Positions 38,556 through 48,929 of a stretch of DNA of 64,000 bases are shown here, piece by piece. The notes beneath the pieces are model-generated. The model made no database searches. It worked only from the letters and a program-made list of their open reading frames with translations, and was not told the DNA's origin. A program made the translations under genes and the position numbers. Origin of the DNA: a virus; IMG/VR virus record IMGVR_UViG_3300034072_001093, positions 1 to 64,000 of that record, one strand, 5' to 3'. Numbering within the stretch: position 1 is the first letter of the stretch; each line of letters begins with the position of its first letter.

Positions 38556-38574
38556 GGTTCATTCCTGGGTTTCG

Positions 38575-38795
38575 CGTATGGGGCTGCCAGACCGTTGGCC
38601 CGGTCACAGCAGCCCCGAGGACTTAATGGTCCCGGAGGGGGAGCTCGAGTTGGTCCTCGTGCTCTTCCCGCTCCATAAGGATGCTAGGCATAGCGATGTC
38701 CTCTCACGCAATGGCGCAGAGCGAGGCTCTCTCTCCAGACAGCGCCGATGAACAGGAGGCGGATTCCTCCTGTCCCCAGAGAGCTTGGTGTCTGA
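38575..38795 (-). ncRNA. Structured intergenic leader RNA candidate containing a 22-aa ORF (38623-38691)
   Basis: At least four stems plus a possible pseudoknot in 220 nt. See findings. Confidence 0.45.
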
Positions 38796-39137
38796 TCAGT
38801 TGAGCTGGGAGAGGTCGTAGGGCGGCCGTTCCTGGAGCTTGGTGCCTTCGGGCTGCTTCTGGAACTCGGCCTGGCTCATGTGGCCCAGGTAGACGACGTT
38901 CACGAGAACGACGTCGGCAACGATGATCGAGGGGTCTTCCATGCGGCCATGGAAGTTGAGCTGCAGAGCCTGCTGGGCACGACCGATGGCGCTGACCGGG
39001 AAGGTCTTCTCGTCACGGCTGACGACGGCATTGAGCAGCGTGCTGCCAATGGTTTCAGGCTGATCGTCCGTGGCGGGCTTGGCGAACTTCACCTCGCCGC
39101 AGACGAGGTAATAGTGATGCTTCTGGAATTTGGACAT
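38796..39137 (-). CDS. Conserved N4-like hypothetical protein downstream of DNA polymerase
   Basis: AGGA SD. Motifs AQQALQ and YLGHMSxxEF. Confidence 0.7.
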   Translation of the reverse strand: MSKFQKHHYYLVCGEVKFAKPATDDQPETIGSTLLNAVVSRDEKTFPVSAIGRAQQALQLNFHGRMEDPSIIVADVVLVNVVYLGHMSQAEFQKQPEGTKLQERPPYDLSQLN

Positions 39138-39233
39138 GGCTTGGTTCCTGTCTGCAGCCCCTTCCGGGGAGGAAAGGGCTGCTGGTCTAGACATTGGGGG
39201 ATCTGGGTTTGGGTCTCATGTCGAGAGAAATAG

Positions 39234-39261
39234 ACATTAGCCGGAGAGGCCTGTTCGTCAA
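39234..39261 (-). promoter_or_regulatory. Sigma70-like promoter candidate for the replication operon
   Basis: TTGACG-16 bp-TAATGT (GCTAAT) on the minus strand in an AT-rich intergenic region. Confidence 0.4.
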
Positions 39262-39328
39262 TCCCTAAATGAGAATAATGGCAGTGTGCATTTATGTAAA
39301 CACACACTATGTTGACATTTGATAAGAC

Positions 39329-41992
39329 TTAGGCAACCGCGCTCACGATTGCTTCAGTAATATCATCCGCCGTTGCGTCGTTCGCTATTTCAATTTCTTT
39401 GCTCCAATCAGGATAGAAGATGGACAGAGCCCCACCAAGCTTCACTTTATCGTGAGCTATATCTGGGTGGTCTTGCCATCTGACGGCTTGAACGAGGTGT
39501 TTGTTGGTGTAGAGCACTGGCTCCATGCAATCCCGAATGAGGAAATATCCCGCATCGTGGATCTGAGAGCATGGTCTGATGTCCAGACGGTGTTCACTCT
39601 TTCGGACTTTGCCCATGAACTCTGAGCCCGCTCGGGAATTGAGCAGACACCAGCTTTGTCCGAAGGCATTGCCTGCAGATCGGGCTTCTGCTTCTGCTTC
39701 GAATGGGGTCTTCCGGTTACCCCGGATGACCTGCTTCAGCAGCGGCGTGCGGACACGAAGGCCAAAGGCCACCGTGACATAGCCGGTCTTGCTCGCCTCC
39801 TGGATCTTGTTCCAGATCCATTCGTCGCTGACTTTGTAGAGCTCATGGTAGCGGGTCTCGATCGCGATCGCTTGTTCCTTGTTGAGGCCCGTCTGTTCGA
39901 CGATCCCTTTCCAGGTGCCACCATAGGTGAGCAGGAAGGTCGGAACCTTGCTCTCCTGCCGTTCGACAGGATAGGCTTTGGCGATCGAGTTGATGCTCAC
40001 CACCGAGTTGGGATCAATGCCCTCCATGCGATATCCGAAATAGGAGAACGCTCGGAGGCAATGACCATCGTATCCATCCGTGTAGACCTTAAGTTTCTGA
40101 GGGTCCTTTGTGGTGAGAGCCGAGATCCTGTCTTCGAGGGAATCGAAGTCCAGCCCCGCAAAAATCCACCCAGGTGGTGCGACGAAGCAGCTCTTTATGA
40201 GCTTGCCCAGGGCGAGCTTGCCCTTCTTGATGTACGGCTCCAGTATATGTCCGAACCTGTCGATCATTGCCTGCGAGACCGCCATGAAGATGTTGGACGG
40301 CAGGTTCTGCAGGTTGGGATCGGAGCTGCTGAGGCGGCCCGAGATCGTGCCTCCCAGGTTGAAGTTCCCGAACAGATAATGCCATCCATCGGGTCCCTCA
40401 AACGCACCCTTGAAAGCCGGGATGAACGAGGTCAGCAGCTTGTTGATGGCCTTGAACTCGATCAGAGCTTCGAGGAACTCCAGCACCTCTGGCTCAGTGG
40501 TGTGGTTCTTCAGAGCCTTGAGGGTGTCGCCGTCGGTGGCTGGCAGCTTGGTGTCCGTCCTGGCGATTACGGGCAGACCGAGAACCTCGTAGAGCAGCTT
40601 CTGGAGCTGGGGCGGCGAGTTGGGATTGAAGACCTCCTTTCCGTCGGCCGCGGTAACCCGTTTCTTCTTGAGCTCGCTGTTCCGCTTGATTGCCCAGGCC
40701 TCGTTGAGCTTGGTGGTGAACTCGGCGATGATGGCTGAGGAGTTCATGACCTGGACCGAGTGGTCCTCATAGGCCTGCAACACCTCTTCAACTTCGAGGA
40801 CACGATCCATCTTGAGGGGCATGCCGGTCAGCTGCATCTGGATGATGTCCAGCGTGGCAGGCTTGAAGACCGTCTCGTAAATGTCGAGCTGCTGATCGGC
40901 CACCATGGTATCCCAGTGCTTGTCCAGGGTGAACCAGGTGGAGAGACCATCGACCAGATTGTATTCCAGCAGTTTCGGCAGCGGAATGTTGGTGATGTCC
41001 TTGATGTCATCCTGCGCCCAGTTGCCGGAGAACTCCTGCGCCTGGGTTTTGAGGCTGAGATCGTTGCCCGCCGTGCTGTTGGTGGCGAGATAGGTGATCA
41101 GCTTGGTGCAGTCCCAGTTCCTGAGCATGACCTCCATGCCTTCCAGTAGCCCCTCGGTGTCGAGGATGTGGTCCATGAAGAGCTGGTAGATCAGGATGTA
41201 GACGTCGAAGCTGATCGAGTGATAGATCGCCTTCTGAGTGAACGCCTCGAAGAAAGCCTTCAGCAGCGCCCTCACCGGCTCGTTGCGGACCTGGCGGCCG
41301 AACGGAGCTTCGGTGGCTCCAGCGATGGGCTCATAGTCCACCGCGAAGGCAATCCCTTCGTGCTGGTTCCAGCACATGGTAATGGTGCCGATCCCTGCTG
41401 TCGGGTGTTTCAGGCTGAAGGTCTCGATGTCGATCGTCAGAGGCGTGTCGAGATCGAGCAGCTTTTGCAGCCAGGCATGGATCTCCTCGTAGGTCTGGGG
41501 ATATTCAGCGAACCGGATGATCCCTTTCCCTGGCTCCTGGTAGCAGCCGACACGGTGAGCTGTGAGGGCCTGCATACCCTGCTGGATCTGCTGGGTGATC
41601 TTGTCCGGATCGTAAAAGATCGATCGGTAATTGGGCACGTACACGACCTTGAAATCCCCGAACGGGGAGTCGAGCACGTAGCCCATGTTCGGCTCGACCT
41701 TGCGGACGCCGGCCAGGACTTTGAAATAGTCACCTTGGGCACAGAGGACATACTTCACGCCCATGTCAGTGAGGACAGGAGCAAGCTCCTCCTCTACATA
41801 GGCCTTCATCTCGCCGACCGGGGTCTTCTTCTTGTCGGGCGACATGAAGAGGTCGATCACGAGAACGTCATCCGGGTTTACAGCCCCGTCGGATAAATAG
41901 GCTTTCTGGATCTCCTTCGTCATGATGGTGGGAGTGAGCAGAGCAACCTCGTAGCTGCTCTTCTCTTCCGAGCTGTAATAGGCGTACTTCAT
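39329..41992 (-). CDS. Family A DNA polymerase (N4 gp39-like)
   Basis: Exonuclease DIET and YNLVD, GRLSSSDPNLQN, motif A DFDSLE, motif B RQESKVPTFLLTYG and motif C QIHDA. Confidence 0.95.
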   Translation of the reverse strand: MKYAYYSSEEKSSYEVALLTPTIMTKEIQKAYLSDGAVNPDDVLVIDLFMSPDKKKTPVGEMKAYVEEELAPVLTDMGVKYVLCAQGDYFKVLAGVRKVEPNMGYVLDSPFGDFKVVYVPNYRSIFYDPDKITQQIQQGMQALTAHRVGCYQEPGKGIIRFAEYPQTYEEIHAWLQKLLDLDTPLTIDIETFSLKHPTAGIGTITMCWNQHEGIAFAVDYEPIAGATEAPFGRQVRNEPVRALLKAFFEAFTQKAIYHSISFDVYILIYQLFMDHILDTEGLLEGMEVMLRNWDCTKLITYLATNSTAGNDLSLKTQAQEFSGNWAQDDIKDITNIPLPKLLEYNLVDGLSTWFTLDKHWDTMVADQQLDIYETVFKPATLDIIQMQLTGMPLKMDRVLEVEEVLQAYEDHSVQVMNSSAIIAEFTTKLNEAWAIKRNSELKKKRVTAADGKEVFNPNSPPQLQKLLYEVLGLPVIARTDTKLPATDGDTLKALKNHTTEPEVLEFLEALIEFKAINKLLTSFIPAFKGAFEGPDGWHYLFGNFNLGGTISGRLSSSDPNLQNLPSNIFMAVSQAMIDRFGHILEPYIKKGKLALGKLIKSCFVAPPGWIFAGLDFDSLEDRISALTTKDPQKLKVYTDGYDGHCLRAFSYFGYRMEGIDPNSVVSINSIAKAYPVERQESKVPTFLLTYGGTWKGIVEQTGLNKEQAIAIETRYHELYKVSDEWIWNKIQEASKTGYVTVAFGLRVRTPLLKQVIRGNRKTPFEAEAEARSAGNAFGQSWCLLNSRAGSEFMGKVRKSEHRLDIRPCSQIHDAGYFLIRDCMEPVLYTNKHLVQAVRWQDHPDIAHDKVKLGGALSIFYPDWSKEIEIANDATADDITEAIVSAVA

Positions 41993-42001
41993 CAGATTTC
42001 C

Positions 42002-42547
42002 TCAGTAAATCAGGCGGGTAGCGGAATAGGCTTCCATCTTCTCTTTGGTCTTCTCGAACTGGATCCAGGCAGGAGAACCAGGCTCCAGACAGAATCCCTC
42101 TTCGCCGGTTCGCTCCAATCCCTTGAAGATTTCAAGGGCCGGGATCACACACTCGGGAAGAGAATTCCTGAGAGCGAGGAGGTCGGGTTCGACGGCTTTT
42201 ACAAGGCCGACAATTCCCTGCCGGATGGCCTTGCGGTCTTCCAGGAGCAGGGCATGATCAGCCAGGAGTTCCTGCATCTCTCCCTTGAGCGAGAGATGCA
42301 GGCCCCTCAAAGGTTGCCCGCGAACAGGGCAATCCGGATGCCGGTAGGCAACCCCATCGTAGAGGAATCCCCAGCGCCTCTGGCCCTCGGTCTTCTCCAT
42401 GATGTTGTCATGCTTGAGGACCAGGGCGTAGACCCGCTTGAGCCAGTGTTCGCTCTCATGGACGAACAGGTAGCGATCAATGGCACCGGTTACGACGTCC
42501 ACGAATGCGTTCCTGGCTCTCTGGGCAGTCATGTTGACAGGCGGCAT
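42002..42547 (-). CDS. N4 gp38-like hypothetical protein
   Basis: Lies between helicase and polymerase. GFLYDGxxY and LRNSLPEC motifs. Confidence 0.7.
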   Translation of the reverse strand: MPPVNMTAQRARNAFVDVVTGAIDRYLFVHESEHWLKRVYALVLKHDNIMEKTEGQRRWGFLYDGVAYRHPDCPVRGQPLRGLHLSLKGEMQELLADHALLLEDRKAIRQGIVGLVKAVEPDLLALRNSLPECVIPALEIFKGLERTGEEGFCLEPGSPAWIQFEKTKEKMEAYSATRLIY

Positions 42548-42557
42548 GGGGGTTCTC

Positions 42558-43889
42558 CTAGTGGATCAGCCCGCCAAAGCGTGGAGCCAGGTCTCCGAAA
42601 AGGAAGACCCGCTCCCTGGCTCTCGAGAAAGCCACGTAGAGCATACGAGCTGCTTGGTTGGGGTTGGTACAGGTGCTGATGTTGCCGAGGTCGATGACCG
42701 CGGTTTCGTAGGTCGAGCCCTGGGCCTTGTAGACCGTGCCTGCGTCGAGGGGACGGAGGTCCGGATAACCCTGCTTCAGGTGGAAGTGGGTCGGCCAGTC
42801 CTGCTTCTTGGCGAAATACTGGATGCAGGCACGAAGGTGGTCCATGTCCATGGCAATGGGCACGTTCGTGTGAGTACCGCCGCTGGCAGTGGCGATCGTT
42901 GCAAGCCGGTAATCTAGGGTCACGCCATCCGGCAGCTGGGCGGTCTTGATGCCGGTGTCATAGGACAGGATCTTAACCCCTGCCTCGACCGAGAGCAGGC
43001 CATTGCGAAGCTGGACAGCGTTGTTGTTGACCAGGAACTCGTTGGTGGTGAGTTCAGCCGGCAGGTTGCGGATCTGCCGGATATAGTCGTTGAATAGGCT
43101 CACCCGCTCGTTGGTGTAAGCCAGGATGCGGTGATCACGGGTCGGCGAAGAGAAGTTGTGGTCGAGGACCGCCTGCAGATCTTCATCGTCGCAGTGATCG
43201 ATGACGCCGGGGACGATCTTGATCGGCTTGAAGATGCCGGTCTCGACGGTCTCACGGAGCTGGTTGCAGACCTCCATCAGGGCTGTCTGGTTCGAGTTCC
43301 GCATCTGCTGCTTGAGCTCGACGAAGGGCTTGTTGCCCAGGAACACAGGCGAGATCCTTTCCATGACGGGAGCCAGCTGGCAGTGATCACCAACATAGAC
43401 GATCTTGCAGTTCAGGGTGCCCTGGTGGATCATGTTGTAGAGACCGCTGTCGATCATCGAACATTCGTCGACGAACAGGATCTTGTTCTCGTGGACCTTG
43501 AAATCCTTGCGCTTGGCGAGCTTGGATTTTCCGGTGTTGTAGTCCTCGCGGACGTTGAGCCGGAGGAAGGATGCCAGTGTCTGGGAAGGCCGCTGAGTGG
43601 CAACAGCCAGCACTTCGGCCGCCTTGTTGGTGGTCGCCGTCATGTGAACTTCGTCATAGACAGGCGGCATGCCCATCAGCTGGCAGGTCTGCTGGTAGCG
43701 GGGCATGATGTCATCGATCATCAGGCTCATGGTGAACGTCTTGCCGACGCCACCCGGGCCAGACATGATCATCTCTTTCTCATTCGAGAAGAGGAAGTTG
43801 AAGAACATGTCGGCAGCTGCCTGCTGGTCTTCGTTGGGCGCAGGCTTCTTGGCCTGGCGAGCAGAGATGCTCGACGTGATCTGGTTCAT
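42558..43889 (-). CDS. SF1B (Dda/RecD-like) DNA helicase
   Basis: Motifs GPGGVGKT, DECSM, GDHCQL, KAQGST and YVAFSRA. Confidence 0.92.
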   Translation of the reverse strand: MNQITSSISARQAKKPAPNEDQQAAADMFFNFLFSNEKEMIMSGPGGVGKTFTMSLMIDDIMPRYQQTCQLMGMPPVYDEVHMTATTNKAAEVLAVATQRPSQTLASFLRLNVREDYNTGKSKLAKRKDFKVHENKILFVDECSMIDSGLYNMIHQGTLNCKIVYVGDHCQLAPVMERISPVFLGNKPFVELKQQMRNSNQTALMEVCNQLRETVETGIFKPIKIVPGVIDHCDDEDLQAVLDHNFSSPTRDHRILAYTNERVSLFNDYIRQIRNLPAELTTNEFLVNNNAVQLRNGLLSVEAGVKILSYDTGIKTAQLPDGVTLDYRLATIATASGGTHTNVPIAMDMDHLRACIQYFAKKQDWPTHFHLKQGYPDLRPLDAGTVYKAQGSTYETAVIDLGNISTCTNPNQAARMLYVAFSRARERVFLFGDLAPRFGGLIH

Positions 43890-43953
43890 GGGTTTTTCCG
43901 TTATGCTGCTGGGGCTGCGTCCCCCCAGAAAAGAGGGGACGCATCCATGGAGA

Positions 43954-45612
43954 TCAGGCAATCTTGGTCTTGATCACCGCGATTTCCTGCGGGGTGAAGC
44001 TGAGCTTCTCCCAGGAAATCTTGACCTTCTGCTTGTGGTTCAGGAGAGCTGCCCACTGCTGCTTCTCGTAGAGAGCACGAGCGGTGGCCTGACGGGGGCC
44101 GAGGCCAGCCATCGGGTCCTTCTTCGGCGGAGCGGTCTTGGTCGGAGCCTGGGCAACAGGACGCTGATGCAGGCTTTTGCGAGCGCCCATCTCGTCGATG
44201 AACGCCTTCAAGCCCTGATCAGTGATCGTCGGAAAGCCGAGCTTTTCCCAGGTCCTCTTGGTCCTGGCTCGAATGGCCAGCAGATCTTCGGCCGCTTGGG
44301 CGCGGACCTTGCTGTGGTTGGCACGGCTCTGCATCGTGTCGATCAGGCTCTGGATGGACTGCGCCTGGGTCATGCTGACCTTCTGCTCGGTGACCTGCTT
44401 GCTCAGAGCCGTCGGATCGACAGCCGGAGCAACAGGCTTCTTGGGATCGGAAAGGTCGATGGCTTCAGCTTCCTGGCTCGGCATTGCCACGGTGACGTCG
44501 GCTGCATTGGGGATGGACAGCGCTTTGGTCTCGAAAGACCCGCCCATTGCGGAGGTGATACGCACCTCCTCGATCGGCGGAGCGTGATGGCCGGCAATAG
44601 CCGCTGCGAGCAGCGTTTTGCCTTCAGGATGGTCGGTCATGGGTTTGCCTTGCTTGAGGCTCAGGAACATGTCGTCCGTGAGCTCGAAGATGATGTGGTA
44701 GCCAGCGACCCGCATTTTGTCGGGCTCGTTGTGGGGCACTGCGATGACGTCTTCGGGTGCAACCTTGCCAAGGGTGCATGCCGTGCCGGGGAAGGTGCGG
44801 AGATAGCCACGACGAGCGACATGGAGACCGGTGGAGCACTGGGTCCGACGGCTCGGGTCAATCAGCTTTTCGTCCATGCAGACGAAGCTGCCGACCCGCT
44901 GCACCACCCTGTTGGTGTGGCAGTCGACATAGGTGTGTTCACCGCGGCGGTTGAGCACCTTGTAGATGATGATTGAACCATCTTCAGCGATCGGCAGATC
45001 AGCCCGTTCCAGGAAGTGCATGAGCTCCTGGGCAGTGTGCTGACGCTTGGATGCGACGGTCGCCATACGAGCAAAGAATGCTTCCAGAGCCTTGGGCGAG
45101 CCCAATTTGTTGGCGTGGGCGATCTGGCGCTGCAATTTCTCTGCCCCCACAATGGGGGTATCGTTGACGACGGCAACGACGGTCTGGTCTTTGTCCAGCT
45201 CATCGTTGGTCATCGGCTCGGCATGGGCCATGATGTCAGCCAGAGCGGCATCGATCTTGGCCCGCTGGTCCGGGACAGCGCCCATGGCGATATTGGGCAC
45301 CATGGGGGCTTCCTCTGCGGGCTCGTCTTCGGAGCTGAACAGCTCCTTGATCTTGGCCTTCGCCACCCGGAAGAAGCGAACCAGGCCACCGGTGGATTTC
45401 TCGAAATCCTGGTAGTTGGTGGTGGGCGGAGTTTCCTCGATTGAGATGTCGACCTCGGCGACCTGACGAGCCAGGAGAGCATCCTTGGACTCGTCGATGA
45501 TGCGCTGAAGGCGGGGATCGCCCTGCTCGATGCGAGAGGTCTTGCCGTCCTCGTGGTAGAGGGTGAGGCAAACCTTATCGACCACCAGGGCAACGATGCG
45601 GAGTTTGGTCAT
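43954..45612 (-). CDS. rIIB: rIIB-like protein
   Basis: LPIAEDGSIIIYK, CSTGLHV and PEDVIAVP motifs. Follows rIIA. Confidence 0.88.
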   Translation of the reverse strand: MTKLRIVALVVDKVCLTLYHEDGKTSRIEQGDPRLQRIIDESKDALLARQVAEVDISIEETPPTTNYQDFEKSTGGLVRFFRVAKAKIKELFSSEDEPAEEAPMVPNIAMGAVPDQRAKIDAALADIMAHAEPMTNDELDKDQTVVAVVNDTPIVGAEKLQRQIAHANKLGSPKALEAFFARMATVASKRQHTAQELMHFLERADLPIAEDGSIIIYKVLNRRGEHTYVDCHTNRVVQRVGSFVCMDEKLIDPSRRTQCSTGLHVARRGYLRTFPGTACTLGKVAPEDVIAVPHNEPDKMRVAGYHIIFELTDDMFLSLKQGKPMTDHPEGKTLLAAAIAGHHAPPIEEVRITSAMGGSFETKALSIPNAADVTVAMPSQEAEAIDLSDPKKPVAPAVDPTALSKQVTEQKVSMTQAQSIQSLIDTMQSRANHSKVRAQAAEDLLAIRARTKRTWEKLGFPTITDQGLKAFIDEMGARKSLHQRPVAQAPTKTAPPKKDPMAGLGPRQATARALYEKQQWAALLNHKQKVKISWEKLSFTPQEIAVIKTKIA

Positions 45613-48032
45613 TTCTGGGTTTCCTTGGAATTGCTCGCCACTGCCAGCTTGATCATTTCGATCAGAGCGGGCCTGGTCGTGGGCGAGTAGGGTTCGGGGG
45701 AGTGGAGAATGCCGACGAGCGGGTAGATGTCGAAGACATCCATGAGCTTGTTGCAGGACATCCTGATGATGGTGCTCACGAAAGCACTGTCCAGTTTCAC
45801 CTTCTGGGCAGCGTCCTCGATAGCAGTGCTATCGAAGAACGTTGCCTTGGTCAGAGACCGGGCAATGCTGATGATGTTCCAGTCCTTTTCGGTGAGGTCC
45901 TGGACCACTCCGAGGGTAGACTGGAGCTCGGGAATCCTCTCGACGGCGTTCATGAAAAACACGAACACGCGGGGAAGTTTGATGCGGGTGAAATCCCGAG
46001 CCAGGTGAGCCCGGATACGAGGGTTGGTCTCATATTCCTTGACGATCAGTTCAATCAGGTGGGCGTTGAGGCTCTTGGCTCCTTTCTTGATGTAGGCCTC
46101 TTCCTGGGTCACGCTGATGGTCAGACCGACCTTGTCAGCGAACATGTCCATGATGGCCTTGCTCGCGTCTTCGTTGAGGTAGTCGGTCAGCTCAGTGCCT
46201 TCCTTGCCCCGCTTGACGGTTAGAACGAACTCCGGTTTCTCAGACCGGGCTTTGACGCTCTCACTGCATGCGGGATCTTCCGGCATCGAGAAGCTGCGTT
46301 TCCAGACGCGGACACCGGACAGAAGGGGCAGGCCCTTCTTGACGTTCCGTTCGGCCCGGATGATGGGCGTAACCACATCCGGTTCTTCCCAGGGTTGAAC
46401 GATCGTCATGTCGAGGACGGTATACCCCAGGCTCTCGAAGGCTTCTCTGACCTTCGGGGTCTTGGTGTAGGTCCTCGGGACGATGAAGGTGATGACGCCG
46501 TGCATGGCAGCATCAATCCCCTCCATTTCAGGGAAGCGCTTGATGCGGTTCCTGATGTCCTCGGGGGTGAAGCCGATAGCTGCAATCTTGCGACATACAG
46601 CAATGCCCTGCTCCTGCCAGAAGTTGTCGTGCAGCCGCAGCTGGTCGAACGAATGCTGACAGGGCCGGTAGGAGTCACGCAGCCAGATCGACAGACGCTT
46701 GATCGGGAGATCCCGGCTCGAAATCGCGTCCTTCACCGGTTGAATGACCTGGCTCATGAACCAGTAATTCACTGCCGGAGTGGCGGACGTTTTCAGCTTC
46801 CTGTCGATCAGAAGAGCATGGCGGAAGGATTTCAGGAGGTCCTTGTCGCCAATCCCCTGGTGCTGCAGAACACGAGCACGCAGGAAGAGCTCGTCATCTG
46901 CCATGTTGCCGTAAGTGCCGCCGTGAAGCCTGTAGCGAGCGAGACGCTGAACCAGGTGGTCAGGCTTGAACAGGATCGACCTATTCGGCACCGAGACAGG
47001 CATGGGATGCCGGGTATCGAAGACTTGCCACGCCTTCACGGGAGTGTCGAACTCGTTGAAAAAGCTGCGAAAAGCAACGTTGGCTTTATGCTCAAGATTG
47101 GCTTCAGCCTGATCGAGGCATTCCGTGATGAGCTTCTTGATCGTGGCGATCGTCATCGGGGTGAGAGACAGACTTTCCCGGCTCGGAGTGATGCTGAGGC
47201 TGTCAGCCGGAGCCTGGAAAATGATCGAGAGTCTCTCGTTTCGGCCAGCGACCTTATCGACGAACTTCGACGCACGGTTGAGCTCGGCCTCATACTCGGC
47301 AGACCGAGGAACAGGGTAGATCACGTTGCCCAGGCGGATCTGAATCTTGTTGTTGTAATGGAGGGGCACCAGAAGGAAGCCCATCTCGGCCTTCGAGAAG
47401 GGATAGGTGTTGAGCTGCTTGCCGTTGAGCTCGACCAGCATTTCGCCGTTGCGGACAACCTCGTGAATGAGACTCTCAAACCGACTGCGGTCCTGGCTGG
47501 TCTTCAGGGGTATGTTGACCTCGACGCCGGTCTCTTCCGTGGGGAAGGACGCGATCGGCAAGATGCTGGGCTTGCCGTTCACCTCGGCCGAGGACTTCGA
47601 CATGTTGTAGATGGTCCGCTCACCATCATGGTAGCTGGTGACCTGGAAGTGGTCGGTGAACGAAAACGGTGCCTTGCAGCCCAGGCCGAAGCCACCGGTC
47701 ACGAATTTGTTGGCCCGCTTGGTGGAGCCGCCATAGGTGCCGAACAGCGGCTTGATCATGTTCTTGGCGATGCCGTTGCCGAAGTCGCGGAAGATGACGG
47801 CTTCGTTGGTCAGGGTGACCTGCAGGGGCACGTTCTGCTTGCCGGCCTCGATGTGAGCATCCCACCCATTGCAGAGGGTCTCACGAACGACAGCCAGAGG
47901 CTGGTTCGAGTAGAGAGCGCCGGAGAGGACCATCATGAGGGTGGGGTCGGAGTCGTCGAAGGTGAACTCCATGGCCTCGCCACCGCCGATAACGGCGTGG
48001 GTAACGTGGTCTTCGTGATGTGCGACTTTCAT
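45609..48032 (-). CDS. rIIA: rIIA-like protein (GHKL/HATPase N-terminal domain)
   Basis: RETLCNGWDAH, RDFGNGI, STK and GGFGLGCK. Confidence 0.88.
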   Translation of the reverse strand: MKVAHHEDHVTHAVIGGGEAMEFTFDDSDPTLMMVLSGALYSNQPLAVVRETLCNGWDAHIEAGKQNVPLQVTLTNEAVIFRDFGNGIAKNMIKPLFGTYGGSTKRANKFVTGGFGLGCKAPFSFTDHFQVTSYHDGERTIYNMSKSSAEVNGKPSILPIASFPTEETGVEVNIPLKTSQDRSRFESLIHEVVRNGEMLVELNGKQLNTYPFSKAEMGFLLVPLHYNNKIQIRLGNVIYPVPRSAEYEAELNRASKFVDKVAGRNERLSIIFQAPADSLSITPSRESLSLTPMTIATIKKLITECLDQAEANLEHKANVAFRSFFNEFDTPVKAWQVFDTRHPMPVSVPNRSILFKPDHLVQRLARYRLHGGTYGNMADDELFLRARVLQHQGIGDKDLLKSFRHALLIDRKLKTSATPAVNYWFMSQVIQPVKDAISSRDLPIKRLSIWLRDSYRPCQHSFDQLRLHDNFWQEQGIAVCRKIAAIGFTPEDIRNRIKRFPEMEGIDAAMHGVITFIVPRTYTKTPKVREAFESLGYTVLDMTIVQPWEEPDVVTPIIRAERNVKKGLPLLSGVRVWKRSFSMPEDPACSESVKARSEKPEFVLTVKRGKEGTELTDYLNEDASKAIMDMFADKVGLTISVTQEEAYIKKGAKSLNAHLIELIVKEYETNPRIRAHLARDFTRIKLPRVFVFFMNAVERIPELQSTLGVVQDLTEKDWNIISIARSLTKATFFDSTAIEDAAQKVKLDSAFVSTIIRMSCNKLMDVFDIYPLVGILHSPEPYSPTTRPALIEMIKLAVASNSKETQK

Positions 48033-48128
48033 GATGGCTTCCTTGGTTCTGGGTTTAGGACGCACAGGGCCAGCCCACCCCCGGAGGGGGTTGGCGGCTC
48101 CTGTGCTGTCTGGTCTGATGGTTAGGGG

Positions 48129-48575
48129 TTAGACAAAGTGGTCGAGGAAGGGCGGCGAGTAGGCCGGCCCCTTCGTAATCTTGCCGTTCTCGTCGAAGAT
48201 GGGATTGCCCTCTTCGTCGAACTTCGACCAGTTGGATCGATCGACCTCATCGAGTGCCTCCTCGATGTGCAACCCCAGAAAAACCCCCACACCGGTAGCC
48301 GTCACGACCTGATCGCAGAGAGAGTCGAGAAACTCCTTGCGGTCATCGGTCATGATCGGAGTGTCAGAGGTTTTCAGGTGCTTGGCCAGGGCCTCCATGG
48401 CTTCCTTGGCCTGCTGGCGCATGACCTCGCCGAAGCCGGATGTCGATCGATAGGCGTCGAGCATCTCGGCCACCTCTTCGAAGTGGACGCCCATCTGCAC
48501 ACGGATGTGCTTGGGCAGAGGCTCGGGCCTGGCCTTTCGGAACCAGTTGGCGATGCTGGAAATGGTGTCGTTCAT
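48129..48575 (-). CDS. MazG-like NTP pyrophosphohydrolase
   Basis: EEVAE, DSLCD, EVDRSNWSK and GKITKGPxY. Confidence 0.85.
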   Translation of the reverse strand: MNDTISSIANWFRKARPEPLPKHIRVQMGVHFEEVAEMLDAYRSTSGFGEVMRQQAKEAMEALAKHLKTSDTPIMTDDRKEFLDSLCDQVVTATGVGVFLGLHIEEALDEVDRSNWSKFDEEGNPIFDENGKITKGPAYSPPFLDHFV

Positions 48576-48590
48576 TTGGTCTGGGTTCTT

Positions 48591-48899
48591 TCAGTTCGGG
48601 CGTGCAGCCCGGTATGCGTCGTTGATGAGGCCAGCGATAAAACGCCGAACGTCTCCCCGAATGCCGATCTCGTCGGCAACCCAGTTCACCTGGTTCTCGG
48701 GCAGCTGCTCGAAGATCTCCTCCATGAATGATCTGCGAGTATCGTTCGGCTTGATGCCCATGCGGGTCAGCCGGTGAGAGACGCTGGTGTGGTGCATCCC
48801 CAGCTTCCGTGCGATGGAAGCCGCGGAGAACCCCAAAGCGTTCATCCGGAGAATCTCCTCCTTGGTGTCGTAGAATTGTTCTGTTTTAGAAGCTGGCAT
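48591..48899 (-). CDS. HTH DNA-binding protein
   Basis: GFSAASIARKLGMHHTSVSHRL forms an HTH. Confidence 0.8.
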   Translation of the reverse strand: MPASKTEQFYDTKEEILRMNALGFSAASIARKLGMHHTSVSHRLTRMGIKPNDTRRSFMEEIFEQLPENQVNWVADEIGIRGDVRRFIAGLINDAYRAARPN

Positions 48900-48929
48900 T
48901 GTGCGTGTCCCATTATCTTTATCGTTCGA

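Noticed and set aside
38556-39137. Stop-codon readthrough fusing the 38796-39137 ORF to the in-frame nuclease via the structured RNA
   Set aside because: The frames match (240-nt gap), but two more in-frame TGA codons lie in the gap.
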